The notes below the pieces were generated by a model. The model did not search any database, was not told the origin of the DNA, and saw only the letters and a program-made list of their open reading frames with translations. This document shows, in pieces, positions 9,912 through 20,043 of a DNA stretch of 64,000 nucleotides. The DNA is taken from NCBI GenBank assembly GCA_965213925.1, contig OZ243927.1:320001-384000 (forward strand), given 5' to 3'. A program made the position numbers and the translations under genes. Source of the DNA: Trueperaceae bacterium. Its GTDB lineage: Bacteria; Deinococcota; Deinococci; Deinococcales; Trueperaceae. The stretch's first letter is position 1. Each line of letters opens with the position of its first letter.

Positions 9912-11942
9912 TCACGCCGCCACGTCGTCTGGGAAGGCCCGCTCTGCGCCGAACGACGAGTTTAGAAATTCCGGCACAGCGTCACTCTGCAGAGGTTTGG
10001 CGAAGAGGTAGCCTTGCGCGTATTCGCAGCCTAGCGCGCGCAGATGCTCCAACTGCTCGACCGTCTCCACGCCTTCCGCCACCACGCGCAGCCCGAGCCC
10101 GTGCGCCATCGCCACGATGGTCTGCACCAGGCGGGCGCTCTCGTCGCTTTGGGTCAACTTGTCGATGAAAGAGCGGTCGATTTTAAGGGCGTCAGCGGGG
10201 AAACCTTGCAGGTAAGAGAGCGACGAGTAGCCCGTGCCGAAGTCGTCGATGTGCAGCTCGAGCCCGAGCGCCTCGAGCTGCTCTAACGCCGCCATGACCT
10301 CCTGTGTGCGGTTGACCAGCGTACTCTCGGTAATTTCTAAATGAAGCTGCGCCGCGCTGAACCCTGTTTCTGTCAAGGTTGCTTGCACCGCCGCCACGAA
10401 GTCGGCGTGCTCCAGCTGCTGCGACGAGAGGTTGACATTCAGCGTTAGAGGATGGGCAAACTGCGTCTGCCATACGGCGAGCTGTTCACACGCCCCGCGT
10501 AAAACCCAGCGGTCGATGCCGATAATAGCGCCCGTTTCCTCGGCGATAGGGATAAAGTCCAAGGGCGAGATGAGCCCGCGTTGCGGGTGACGCCACCGCA
10601 CCAGCGCTTCGAAGCCGACCGTTCGGTCGCTTGTGACAGACACAATGGGCTGATAGTGAATTTCCAATTCGCCTTTAGGAACCGCACTGCGTAAGTCGCG
10701 CTCGAAGGTCATCGCCTGCACCACCTCTTCTCGCATCTCGGCGCTGAAGAGCTGGTGTCTGGCGCGTCCGCCCACCTTGGCGCGGTACATGGCAATGTCG
10801 GCGTCGCGCAAGACCTCTTCGGCGGTGGCGTAGCCCTCCTCCGAGGAGACGATGCCGACGCTCGCCGTCGCATGGACGCTGTGACCCTCCAAGCTAAAAG
10901 GGGCTTCTAAGGCGCGTTCGATGCGCTCGGCAACGAGCAGCGCGTCCTCGGGGCTGTTCATCTCTTCTAATAGGACCGTAAACTCGTCGCCGGCGAGCCG
11001 CGCCACAGTGTCGCCCGGACGCACGCACCGCAAAAGCCGCTCGCAAAAGGCGACTAAAAGCGCGTCCCCGACTGAGTGACCGAGCGAATCATTGATGCTC
11101 TTGAAGCGGTCTAGGTCTAAAAAGACAACGGCAAAGTAGGCGTTCTCGTCGGCTCGCCGCTGCTGAATCGCCCGGTCCACCCGCCTGACGAATAGGGCGC
11201 GGTTCGGGACGCCCGTCAAGTCGTCGTGGAACGCGCTGTGAACGAGCTTTTGGCGGCTCGCTCTGATCGCCCGCTCCATCGGGTGGAAGATAAAGAGCGC
11301 CTCCAACACCAGCGTCAGGAGCGTAGCACACAGAACCCCTAGCTCGATCCACTTGAGCCGCGCGACCTGCGCGTTCGACTCCTCTTCGTAACGCGTGACC
11401 GCCTCGTTGAGCGCGGGCAGGAGCGTGTCGGGCGCGGTCGCTAAAATCGCTTGCAGGTCGGGGTTGTCGGGCGTAAGGTCGCTTTCGGGCGTCTCTAAAA
11501 GGCTGCGCACGCGCTCAATATGCGCCGTCACTTGTTCGTCGAGATGGACGGGCGCATCAAAATAGAGCGCGGCGAGGTCGGGTGACGGATCACCGGGTAG
11601 CGCTAACGCTTCGTCGCCTCGTATCAGCCCTAAATGCGAGCGCTCCATCAGCGCAATATCTCTAGCCAGAGTTTGCGCGATCGCGTCGCGTTCGCCCGGA
11701 TTCTGCGCGTACACGAGCCGCTGCGCGTAGAGCGCAGTGCGCTGCGAGAGCATCCGCTGTCGCCCGCTCACGTTGATGATCGCGCCGTAATTCGCCTGCG
11801 TCTGGATCACGCTGCTGAGCGAAATATACGCCCCTAAGCTGAGCAAGCCGACGAGCGCCAGCGCCGTGAGGTAGCGCGCTCTCACAGACCAGTTCAGCGC
11901 TCGCTGATTCGTTTCGGTAGACGCGGCTCGTCTCGTTTGCAT
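9912..11942 (-). CDS. Membrane sensor diguanylate cyclase/phosphodiesterase (PilJ/NarX-like sensor, GGDEF, EAL)
   Basis: Two TM helices around INVSGRQRMLSQR; DLDRFK..NDSLGH..GD and RLAGDEF; FEALVRW and DDFGTGYSS. Confidence 0.92.
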   Translation of the reverse strand: MQTRRAASTETNQRALNWSVRARYLTALALVGLLSLGAYISLSSVIQTQANYGAIINVSGRQRMLSQRTALYAQRLVYAQNPGERDAIAQTLARDIALMERSHLGLIRGDEALALPGDPSPDLAALYFDAPVHLDEQVTAHIERVRSLLETPESDLTPDNPDLQAILATAPDTLLPALNEAVTRYEEESNAQVARLKWIELGVLCATLLTLVLEALFIFHPMERAIRASRQKLVHSAFHDDLTGVPNRALFVRRVDRAIQQRRADENAYFAVVFLDLDRFKSINDSLGHSVGDALLVAFCERLLRCVRPGDTVARLAGDEFTVLLEEMNSPEDALLVAERIERALEAPFSLEGHSVHATASVGIVSSEEGYATAEEVLRDADIAMYRAKVGGRARHQLFSAEMREEVVQAMTFERDLRSAVPKGELEIHYQPIVSVTSDRTVGFEALVRWRHPQRGLISPLDFIPIAEETGAIIGIDRWVLRGACEQLAVWQTQFAHPLTLNVNLSSQQLEHADFVAAVQATLTETGFSAAQLHLEITESTLVNRTQEVMAALEQLEALGLELHIDDFGTGYSSLSYLQGFPADALKIDRSFIDKLTQSDESARLVQTIVAMAHGLGLRVVAEGVETVEQLEHLRALGCEYAQGYLFAKPLQSDAVPEFLNSSFGAERAFPDDVAA

Positions 11943-12544
11943 GGGTTGAACGCTCCTTTATTCAGCCCCCGTTTGCCCCGCGGCGAGCGCGTAATATCGC
12001 GCTCGCGACTGTCAAATGGTGCGTCAAAGTAAGGGCATGCACCTGTAGAAATAGACTGCGGGCGTTTGCACGAGGGACTTCGACATCAGTCCTTTATTAG
12101 TACGTGATTTGTGAGGGGTGAGGCGTGGGTTTCCTTACTCGGACCAGGTTCAAGCGCCTAAGTATGAACAACTTTATTTCCTAATTCCCAACTGTCCAGT
12201 TGCTGCAACCTGTAGCACCACTCCCCGCGCAACGCGACACGCCAAAGTGGACCTTTTCGCTTACGTTTAGCGTATGTCCGGGAGCATGAGGCTCGAGTCT
12301 TAGCAGTTTTGCAGAAAGCTTCAAGGCCCCATCGAGTTCTTTTTCGTCACGGGCTGTAGAGTCAGCGAGATTGATCAGCGCGACCGCATCGACCTCGACT
12401 GATCACACCGGAGGTCGTCCTCGGCAAGGGCAACAAGAAGCGGTCTACTTCGGGGCAAATCACCTCGGCAGCGCTTGACCGGGCGGCTCGTTATACGGTC
12501 AGCTATCTAACCGCTTTTCGCGCTCCAGCCTGTCATACTAGAGT

Positions 12545-13666
12545 ATGTTGAGTTCTCTTTCGGGCATCTTGCTCACCGCAGTTGTTTTCATCACTATTAT
12601 CACCGTGTCGGTGGTTATTCATGAGTTAGCGCACTACTTTAACGCTAGGAGCGTCGGCGTGCCGGTGCGCGCCTTTAGCGTCGGGATGGGTCCGATCATC
12701 TGGCGCAAGCAGTGGCGCGGGACGGAGTGGCGGCTGTCGCTCTTACCACTGGGCGGCTACGTCGACCTCAAAGGCTTAGCGCCCGAGCAGGGCGAAGACG
12801 GCGAGCTTTACTACCCGGACGAGGGTTTCATGAAGAAGAACTTCTTGCAGAAGTTTTGGGTGCTCATTGGTGGGGTGATCGCGAACTTTATCTTGGCTAT
12901 TTTGCTCATTTCGGTCGCAGTCACAGCCGCGCCCAACTCGAACGGACGCTATTTCGTCACAGGTGAGACGCCGCAGAGCTGGGGCGTCGCGCTGCAAGAG
13001 GTCATGCCAGATTCCCCTGCTGAGCGCTTAGGCATCCAACCGGGCGATATCGTCCTCTCGGTCAACGGCGTGCAGGACCCGAACATGGAGGAGTTTCGTG
13101 ACGTCGTTCAGAACGCTTCGGAGCTTTCACTCGTGTTACAGCGCGACGGCGAAGAGGTCACAGTGCAGACGCCTTGGCCGCCCGAGGGCGCGGAGAGTCC
13201 CCTTCTCGGGGTGGGCTTAATACCGCTCGAGGTGGGCGAGCTTCCCCCTATTTCGTACGGCACCGCCCTAGTCGAAACCACGACCTTCCTCGCCCGCATC
13301 GTTCCCGAGTCGATCACGGGTATCGTCGGCGGCTTCGGCTCGGCGCTTTCGGGGCAGCGCAGCGAAAACGTCGCGGGTCCGGTGGGTATCGTTACGATGA
13401 CGGGGCAAGCGGCGCGTAGCGGTCTCATTCCGGTGCTCTTCTTCGCGGGCATCATCAACTTCTCGCTCGCGCTCTTTAACGCGCTGCCTGTTCCCGGTTT
13501 GGACGGCGGGCGCATCCTCCTCTCAGGCGTTGTGGCGCTGCGCGGAAAACCGTTTAAGCCCGGTCAAGAGGAGTTCGTCAACTTCTTGGGCATCGCCTTT
13601 CTGATGTTTTTCGTCGTGCTCATCACCTTTGGGGAAGTCGGCGACCTCATCGGTATCGGTCAGTAA
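12545..13666 (+). CDS. rseP: RIP metalloprotease RseP (M50 family, PDZ domain)
   Basis: HELAH, PLGGYV, PDZ (SPAERLGIQPGD), NALPVPGLDGG. Confidence 0.92.
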   Translation: MLSSLSGILLTAVVFITIITVSVVIHELAHYFNARSVGVPVRAFSVGMGPIIWRKQWRGTEWRLSLLPLGGYVDLKGLAPEQGEDGELYYPDEGFMKKNFLQKFWVLIGGVIANFILAILLISVAVTAAPNSNGRYFVTGETPQSWGVALQEVMPDSPAERLGIQPGDIVLSVNGVQDPNMEEFRDVVQNASELSLVLQRDGEEVTVQTPWPPEGAESPLLGVGLIPLEVGELPPISYGTALVETTTFLARIVPESITGIVGGFGSALSGQRSENVAGPVGIVTMTGQAARSGLIPVLFFAGIINFSLALFNALPVPGLDGGRILLSGVVALRGKPFKPGQEEFVNFLGIAFLMFFVVLITFGEVGDLIGIGQ

Positions 13667-13690
13667 GCGTTCAGCAAATTTTAACAAAGC

Positions 13691-13720
13691 GCGTCAGGTG
13701 GAAAGCCTGACGTTTCTTCT
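13691..13720 (+). terminator. Probable intrinsic terminator after rseP
   Basis: cgtcagg-tggaaag-cctgacg stem followed by tttctt. Confidence 0.5.
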
Positions 13721-13744
13721 TGCAGAAGCGGTTACACTAAGTCT

Positions 13745-14407
13745 ATGTCTTTTAGCACGCGCTCTTGCGGCATCCTCATCCCTGCTCATAATGAAGGGGC
13801 GCGGTTGGGGCGCGTGGTCGAAACGGCGCTGAGCGCTGAGCTTGGACCAGTTTTAGTGGTGGACGACGGCTCCACGGACGCCACCGCCGCCGCCGCTACG
13901 GAAGCGGGGGCGCAGGTGCTCGAGCTGCCTCAAAACTTGGGTAAGGGCGGCGCGGTTTTCGAAGGCGCGAAGCAGTTGCAGACAGATATTGTCGTCATGG
14001 TCGACGCGGACCTTACCGGCTTGACCGAGGCGCACCTGCGCGCGCTCGCCCAACCCGTTTTGGAGGGCAAAGTCGAGATGACCAGAGGAGTTTTTGTAGG
14101 CGGGCGCTGGCGCACGACGGCGGCGCAACGTATCGCGCCGCAGCTCAACGGGCAGCGGGGCATCGTCCGGGAGCGGCTTTTAGAGGTGACGGGATTACGG
14201 GGAAGCCGCTACGGTCTCGAAATCGCCATCACCGAGCACGCCAGAAGAGCGAGGTGGCGCACCGTTGACGTAGCGATGCCAGGCGTGTCGCAGGTCATGA
14301 AAGAGGAGAAACGCGGCGTCCTGCCCGGCTTCGCCATCCGACTCAAGATGTACGGAGAGATTTTGGGAACGTGGTTTCGCAGCCTGACGGGGGAGCGTAA
14401 CGGGTAG
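13745..14407 (+). CDS. Glycosyltransferase family 2
   Basis: IPAHNE, VVDDGSTD, NLGKGGA, VDAD. Confidence 0.9.
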   Translation: MSFSTRSCGILIPAHNEGARLGRVVETALSAELGPVLVVDDGSTDATAAAATEAGAQVLELPQNLGKGGAVFEGAKQLQTDIVVMVDADLTGLTEAHLRALAQPVLEGKVEMTRGVFVGGRWRTTAAQRIAPQLNGQRGIVRERLLEVTGLRGSRYGLEIAITEHARRARWRTVDVAMPGVSQVMKEEKRGVLPGFAIRLKMYGEILGTWFRSLTGERNG

Positions 14408-14450
14408 ACGGAACTGACGTTCGTAGAGGCTAAAGAGGTTAAACTCTCCT

Positions 14451-15071
14451 ATGCTCTCACTGCAACGCTTGACGGTCGGTCCTCTTCAAGAGAACTGTTA
14501 CCTGCTGACCGATGATGAAACGAAGAGCGCCGTCCTCGTCGACCCCGGCGACGAAGCGCCCAAACTCATGCAGGCGCTAGAAGGCTACACCCTCCAGGCA
14601 ATTTGGCTCACCCACGCGCACTTCGACCATGTGGGCGCGTTGGCTGAGTTGCAAGTCTATGACGTGCCGACCTTCCTCCATCCCAACGACGAACCTCTTC
14701 TAGCGAACGCGAAGGCGTCGGCGTCGCGTTTTGGTTTGCACTTACGGCAACCGAAAGTCGAATACACACCGTTAGGGGACGCGCACGTCCTCTCGTTCGG
14801 GGACCAAGAGGTCCGCTGTCTCTTCACGCCCGGTCACGCGCCGGGGCATATCGCGTTCTATTTTCCGGCTGGAGGGATCGTCTTAGCAGGCGACGCGCTC
14901 TTTAGGGGCGGGATCGGGCGCACGGACCTGCCGGGTGGCAACCACGCACAGCTTATAGAGAGCATTCGCACTCAACTGCTCACACTGCCGGAAGAAACCG
15001 TTGTCTATCCGGGTCACGGACCGGAAACGACGGTCGGGCACGAAGCGAAGAGCAACCCGTTCCTCGTCTAG
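14451..15071 (+). CDS. MBL-fold metallo-hydrolase (glyoxalase II-like)
   Basis: THAHFDH, TPGHAPG, GDALF, PGHG. Confidence 0.92.
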   Translation: MLSLQRLTVGPLQENCYLLTDDETKSAVLVDPGDEAPKLMQALEGYTLQAIWLTHAHFDHVGALAELQVYDVPTFLHPNDEPLLANAKASASRFGLHLRQPKVEYTPLGDAHVLSFGDQEVRCLFTPGHAPGHIAFYFPAGGIVLAGDALFRGGIGRTDLPGGNHAQLIESIRTQLLTLPEETVVYPGHGPETTVGHEAKSNPFLV

Positions 15072-15090
15072 TTTTTGCGTCTATAGATCG

Positions 15091-15242
15091 GTAGTTCCAC
15101 GCACCGCTGCCACGCTTCTTTGCCAATTTCACAGCTTTGCTGTAACGGAACTTCATCCCTAAACGTACCTGCTAAACTGTGTCTAATCTGAGCGTGTAGT
15201 TGACCAGATGAAAGTGCCCTGCTTCAGCGGGTATACCTGCTA
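15091..15242. repeat. TAGCAG MITE-like repeat copy
   Basis: gtagttccac...atttcacagctttgctgtaacggaacttcatccct...tgaccagatg...cagcgggtatacctgcta is co-linear with 45476-45702. Confidence 0.85.
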
Positions 15243-15244
15243 AT

Positions 15245-15559
15245 TTAGTAAGCGCTCAGCCACACGGACAGTTCTTTGTTTTGAGGCAGGCTGAATTCAC
15301 CTCTATAGGACCTGTGACCGGGGGCGTGAACTTCGTAGCTGTACTGCCCGGCGGGTAGGTCGAACGAGGTCAGCGGACCCTCTTGCTCCAGCACCGCCGC
15401 GATCGGCGTCGCCTTCGCTTCGTGCACCCACACCGTCGCGTGGGGCGGCTGCACTTCGATGGTGAGTGGATAGTTCGCCTTGTCACCCTGAGCGTTGCCC
15501 TCGCAGCCCGCTATCAGAAGAGGGAGGAGACAGGTAAGAAGGAGCTTCGCTAAGTTCAT
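15245..15559 (-). CDS. Lipoprotein with a PEGA-like beta domain
   Basis: Lipobox IAGC; LTIEVQPP.ATV..LPAGQY..EV.APG. Confidence 0.75.
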   Translation of the reverse strand: MNLAKLLLTCLLPLLIAGCEGNAQGDKANYPLTIEVQPPHATVWVHEAKATPIAAVLEQEGPLTSFDLPAGQYSYEVHAPGHRSYRGEFSLPQNKELSVWLSAY

Positions 15560-15720
15560 ACCTAAGCGTAGAGTAGGTGCGGGAAAGCTCGAGTGACGAA
15601 TGTCTTAGCGTGTGAAGCCTTTCACAGTAACGTTTCGAACGAGTGCAATTTTTTACGGAAAAAGCCGCGCAGGAGCGCAGCTTCTCTCGCTCTAATACTC
15701 TGTCAACTAAAAGATGAGTG

Positions 15721-15818
15721 ATGTCATTCTGAACGCAACGAAGTGGAGTGAAAGAATCTCGTCTTTCATTCCCAACCAGCCGAGATTGCAAAACGAGACC
15801 CTTACGCCTTCGCCGGAC
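15721..15818. repeat. REP-like repeat interrupted by IS1 (continues at 16598-16625)
   Basis: atgtcattctgaacg..gtgaaagaatctc ... aaacgagaccc; homologous to the reverse complement of 8181-8317. Confidence 0.65.
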
Positions 15819-16589
15819 GGTAGTGGTCGCACCCCGAATGCTATAGTAGGGCATGGTTACGAAGACACTCACCTGTTACCACTGCGACAGCGAGAACATC
15901 GTCAAGAACGGCGTAGCGCCGAATGGGAAGCAGAAGTATCGCTGTAAGGACTGTAAAAAGCAGAGCCGTGAGGAGCCGAGTCCGAATGGCTACACTGAGC
16001 CGCGCAAAGAGGAGATTTTAAGCGCGTATGAGGAGCGTTCCAGTTTAAGAGGGCTTGAGCGCACCTTCGGGGTGGCGCGTAGCACGGTGAGTCGCTGGCT
16101 CAAAAAAAACGAAGAAAACTCCCCGCACTGAAAGACACCCTTGTCAGGTTCGATGTTCCTCAGCGCGTGGAGCTAGAGCTTGATGAGTTGCACTCGTTTG
16201 TGCAGAAGAAAGCGAAGAAACGCTGGGTGTGGATCGCTTTATGCAAGCAGACTCGTCAAGTGGTTGCTTGCGTCATAGGTGGGCGCGGCGCAGCCACCTG
16301 TAAGCAACTCTGGAAGGGCATTCCTGAAAACTACAAGCAAGGTCTTCGTTACAGCGACTTCTGGGAAGCCTATCAGAGCGTACTGCCAGACGAACACCAC
16401 CAAGCTGTCAGTAAAGCTACAGGTCTTACTTCCCACGTTGAGCGCTTCAACAACACACTCAGGCAACGTCTTGCTCGCTTCGTGCGCAAGACGTTGGCAT
16501 TCTCTAAGTCCGAGCATATGCATCTTACCTGTCTACACCGCTTCCTCGTCCGTTACAACCTGGAGATCATTCGGGATTGAACCACTACC
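15819..16589 (+). mobile_element. IS1 family insertion sequence, apparently intact
   Basis: IRs ggtagtggtcgcaccccgaatg and cattcgggattgaaccactacc (18/22 match); 8-bp target duplication CGCCGGAC at 15811-15818 and 16590-16597. Confidence 0.96.
15853..16580 (+). CDS. insAB: IS1 transposase InsA-InsB made by -1 programmed frameshift
   Basis: InsA zinc finger CYHC..KNG..QKYRCKDC plus HTH (15853-16131); A8C slippery run at 16102-16110; InsB in the -1 frame with ELDE, SDFW..Y, HVERFNNTLRQ. Confidence 0.93.
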
Positions 16590-16704
16590 CGCCGGACTTC
16601 GTCTGACTGCGTGAACAGGGTGATAACAGTATTGCACTCCTTACGGTGTAGTAAGCGTTATGCAGTTTAGTTTGCAGTAAATGTCCTCAACTGAGAGGGT
16701 GCAA

Positions 16705-17328
16705 CTATTCGCCCGCCACTGAGCGTAATAAACCGATATCGACGAGCGCAATCTTGCCGTAGCCTGCGCTGATAGCCCCTTGCCTCGAGAGTTCCCCCAC
16801 GACCTTTGTGACTGTTTCGCGTACCGAGCCTACTGCCGCCGCTAGGTCGTCGTGCGTGATGTGAACGATAGGCTCGTCTTGTCCACCACGACTCGCCAAC
16901 GCGCTGTCTTGCAAGTCGAGCAGTTCGGCGGCGATACGCGCCTTGAGGCGCTTACCGGAGAGCCGGTAGAGCGAACGGTAGAGCCGCTCGATGGCTTCGA
17001 CTAGGTGCGTCGTAAGGTTTAGGTTCTCTTCGGGGTTGAGCGTCATCGGGCTCATCACGTCGACGCTCGTCGGGGTCACCGCTTCGGCGAAGTAGCGCCG
17101 CGGCAACCCGCAAACCGCCTCTTCACCGAAATAACCGCCCGGCTTGACGTAGCGCAAGGTGAGACCGTTGCCCTCATCGTCGACGGTGTGGATGCGCACC
17201 AAACCCTCGTACACGCGGTAGACGTTGCCAGACTCGCCGGGAAAAAGGATGACTTCACCCGGATTGTAGCTTAGCGTATCCGCGTAGTCGCCGGTCTGTT
17301 CCTTTGAGGTCGAAGCTGCGACGCTCAT
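16705..17328 (-). CDS. ddrI: CRP/FNR family regulator, DdrI-like
   Basis: GLVRIHT.DDEGNGLTLRYVKPG.YFGEE and THDDLAAAVGSVRETVTKVVGELS..G.ISAGYGKI closely follow Deinococcus DdrI as recalled. Confidence 0.85.
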   Translation of the reverse strand: MSVAASTSKEQTGDYADTLSYNPGEVILFPGESGNVYRVYEGLVRIHTVDDEGNGLTLRYVKPGGYFGEEAVCGLPRRYFAEAVTPTSVDVMSPMTLNPEENLNLTTHLVEAIERLYRSLYRLSGKRLKARIAAELLDLQDSALASRGGQDEPIVHITHDDLAAAVGSVRETVTKVVGELSRQGAISAGYGKIALVDIGLLRSVAGE

Positions 17329-17599
17329 ACATCCCTCCCCTCAAACCCACGCTCTTGTTTAGCCATCTCTATCACTCTCTAAACTATACGTTTTGCCCCT
17401 CTGCTGAATAAAAGTTCACGTTACTAAAATCACGTGCGAAAGTGTAATATTTCTCATACATGCCTTCAGAAAGGCTTCATATACCTTATATACCTTTTGA
17501 GTTGAGGGCTTAGCGCGGTCGAAGCGTCACGGTGCGACCCGCCGCGAAAGTGAGAAAGTTACGCCACTGTGCGGACCCAGCGTCCTAGACTTTACGAGT

Positions 17600-18031
17600 A
17601 TGAACATCTTACGTATCCTCCTCCTCGCCATTTTGCCCCTAAGCGCCTGCACCGTATCCTATGAGCCTGGTACAGCGACCGTCACCGCGCAACCTACGGG
17701 TGCAAAACCGGCTAGCCAGCCTGCTAAGACGCAAGTCAGCGCGAACGGTTACGAGTTGCGGGCTTATCCGAACGCCGCTATGTTCAAGCGTGAGGAGAAC
17801 CGGGACAAGCTCAAATGGGAGTTCGGCACAGCCGACTCCTTGGAGCGCGTCTACAGACACTTTCATCGGCAGCTAACACAGCAAGGCTGGCGTCGCACCG
17901 AACTAGAGCAAAAGGGCGCGGCAACAAAGTTAGAGGCAACCTACGTAAAAAATGGCGGGGAATTAGAACTCAAGCTCGACCAGAAAGGAAAGAGCGGGCG
18001 CTATAAGCTCGAGGTCGAAGCTGACGATTAG
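17600..18031 (+). CDS. Hypothetical lipoprotein
   Basis: Signal peptide with LSAC lipobox; TAGACT -10 just upstream. Confidence 0.75.
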   Translation: MNILRILLLAILPLSACTVSYEPGTATVTAQPTGAKPASQPAKTQVSANGYELRAYPNAAMFKREENRDKLKWEFGTADSLERVYRHFHRQLTQQGWRRTELEQKGAATKLEATYVKNGGELELKLDQKGKSGRYKLEVEADD

Positions 18032-18127
18032 GGGTCGAAGCTAGTTACGACTGGCTCTATAAAATTCCCGATTCGTAGGAGCATCCAGATAAGGTGACGC
18101 TGGTATAGTGAACTGCTCATGCGCGGC

Positions 18128-18155
18128 GTAGGGGCGATTCGTGAATCACCCCTAC
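18128..18155. repeat. GTAG-type REP-like palindrome
   Basis: gtaggggcgattcgtgaatcacccctac; related copies at 27920 and 30352. Confidence 0.75.
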
Positions 18156-18172
18156 TCATGAACGCCGTAGCT

Positions 18173-18745
18173 CTATGGACTCTCCGGCGCGGCAGGTGCA
18201 GTCTCCGCCGGTCTCTCTACCGGGACGACGGACGGTGACGGGAAGCGCGTCCGCAAATCCTCCACGACTTGCGCCATGAAGCGGTCCGCACTTCTAGAGG
18301 CGGTGCCGCCAGGTCCAGTGCTCGAGTACACCAACGTCGCCCCTCTCTCCGCTGGGCGCAGCACCGCGCTGACGATCGTACGTTCCGGCTCTCTCGCCGG
18401 CACGGGCACGTACACGCGGAAAAAGGGACCGAAGAAGACGCCCTCCTCGCCCTGGTCCTCGTAGCGTCTGCTGCGGAGCGTGACAGTGCTGCGCGGGCTC
18501 CGCTCGTTTCTGACCGCTGTGATAAGCCCCGTGTCGCGGTCCGCTTCGACGATGGCAAACGTCAGGCGTGTTCCCCCCGAGCGCACGTACGTGCTCGTCA
18601 TCTCTTGCAGCGTCGCGTCGAAGAGCGCGTCGTAGCGGGCGCTGAAAAAGAGCGGTTCCTCGGGCGGCAAGGTGCTCGTGACGGGCGCACAAGCGGCGAG
18701 GATGACAAGTAGCGCGGAGAAGCTGAGGGCGCGAATTCCTTTCAT
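18173..18745 (-). CDS. Hypothetical lipoprotein
   Basis: LAAC lipobox, AGGAGG RBS. Confidence 0.75.
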   Translation of the reverse strand: MKGIRALSFSALLVILAACAPVTSTLPPEEPLFFSARYDALFDATLQEMTSTYVRSGGTRLTFAIVEADRDTGLITAVRNERSPRSTVTLRSRRYEDQGEEGVFFGPFFRVYVPVPAREPERTIVSAVLRPAERGATLVYSSTGPGGTASRSADRFMAQVVEDLRTRFPSPSVVPVERPAETAPAAPESP

Positions 18746-18844
18746 AACGTTCCTCCTAAACGGATTAGTAGCCCATCATAACGCCGCAAGGAACCACACA
18801 CGGTGAGGAAATCTCGCACTTTCATGAAGGTTCGGGTGTGAACG

Positions 18845-19153
18845 TCAGGCGTCCGCGTCCACGGTGCGCGGCACCTTGAAGTAGCCCTCTTCCTCTTCCA
18901 CAGCGAGCCTCAGCGCGTCGGCTTGCTCCAGGCTAGGGCGCACGACGTCTTCACGAAACACGTTATGACTCGGCGTCGGGCGGACGAGTTCGTCCACGCC
19001 GTCCGTGTCGAGTTCGCGTATCTGCTCGAAGTAGTCCAGGATTTTGTTCAGGTCTTCTTTAAGGTGCTGCGTCTCTTCCGGGTCAATTTCTAGGCGAGCG
19101 AGCGTTTTGAGGTGCGCCATCTCCTCATCGCTGATGATTGGTTTATTGGACAT
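18845..19153 (-). CDS. gatC: Asp-tRNA(Asn)/Glu-tRNA(Gln) amidotransferase subunit C
   Basis: HLKTLARL, IL.YFEQI.ELDT.GV, NVFRED, GYFKVP. Confidence 0.93.
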   Translation of the reverse strand: MSNKPIISDEEMAHLKTLARLEIDPEETQHLKEDLNKILDYFEQIRELDTDGVDELVRPTPSHNVFREDVVRPSLEQADALRLAVEEEEGYFKVPRTVDADA

Positions 19154-19297
19154 GAAGTGAGTGTATCACGTGTTATCTCAGACTCTGCAGTCGGTTGGGT
19201 GGACGAGAGTACAGAATGAAAAGCGTACGCTTTTCATTCTGTACTAGCAATCTCCTCGAGGACGTTTGCCCTCACCCACTTGGGGTAGACTATCCCT

Positions 19298-19708
19298 ATG
19301 AAACGTGGTCTCAGTCTTCTAGCCATCCTTTTTCTACTCCTCGGTTGCAACGCCCCGTCGGAGGGGAGTGCACAAGCTCAAGAGGCGCAGGGCGAGTCGG
19401 GGAGCAGCCCCACCGCCGTGCGCACCGAGTTAGAGGGCGAGCCTGCGCTGGGCGCGGCTAAGGTGCTCGTCTATGTCCTCAAAGACAACCAAGGTGTCTC
19501 GGGCGCGACCGTTGAAGTGACGGGCGATATGACCCACGCGGGCATGGCTCCGGTCACAGCTACCGCGAAAGAGGTCGGCGCGGGGCTCTACGAGACCGAA
19601 GGCTTCGAGTTCACGATGGCGGGCGACTGGCTCCTCACCTCTGAGGTGGTGTACCCTGACGGGACCGAAGTAGAAGATACCACAGCGCTTAGCGTACCTG
19701 GACGGTAA
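19298..19708 (+). CDS. YtkA/FixH-like lipoprotein (Met/His putative copper site)
   Basis: LLGC lipobox; GDMTHAGM and FTMAGDW motifs. Confidence 0.8.
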   Translation: MKRGLSLLAILFLLLGCNAPSEGSAQAQEAQGESGSSPTAVRTELEGEPALGAAKVLVYVLKDNQGVSGATVEVTGDMTHAGMAPVTATAKEVGAGLYETEGFEFTMAGDWLLTSEVVYPDGTEVEDTTALSVPGR

Positions 19709-19719
19709 TTTGACCTGAT

Positions 19720-20043
19720 ATGAGACGCCCTTCGCAAGACACCCTGAGAACTGCCTGCCGCGCAGGTAGGGGGGCGTTCTTTGCGTTTCTGCTGACCTCG
19801 GCGCTCTTTGCCTCGCCCTTCTTGGCGGCGCAGCAGGATTTCGGGCATACGCACCCCGAGGGCACACCACCGCACGTCCACGGCATCTCGAGCGTTTTAG
19901 GTCACACCTTTTTGACGCCTGTTGTTATCTCGGTAGCGGCCAGCTTCGCAATTGTCTTTGTTTTATCCTTAACGTGTCCCTCTTTAGTTCTAGCACCTTT
20001 TAGGAACCCCGCGCACGGAGTCCGTGCGCCACCTTTTGCTTAG
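19720..20043 (+). CDS. Putative regulatory leader/arrest peptide (DUF2946/CruR-like architecture, C-terminal RAPP)
   Basis: Hydrophobic N-region, HTH..HVH cluster, second hydrophobic stretch, ends ..HGVRAPPFA*; directly upstream of copC. Confidence 0.7.
   Translation: MRRPSQDTLRTACRAGRGAFFAFLLTSALFASPFLAAQQDFGHTHPEGTPPHVHGISSVLGHTFLTPVVISVAASFAIVFVLSLTCPSLVLAPFRNPAHGVRAPPFA

Noticed and set aside
11943..12544. c-di-GMP riboswitch in the long intergenic region
   Set aside because: Only isolated GGCAAA words; the two-stem GEMM architecture was not found
18845..19153. Orphan gatC
   Set aside because: Dispersed gat genes are unremarkable in this phylum
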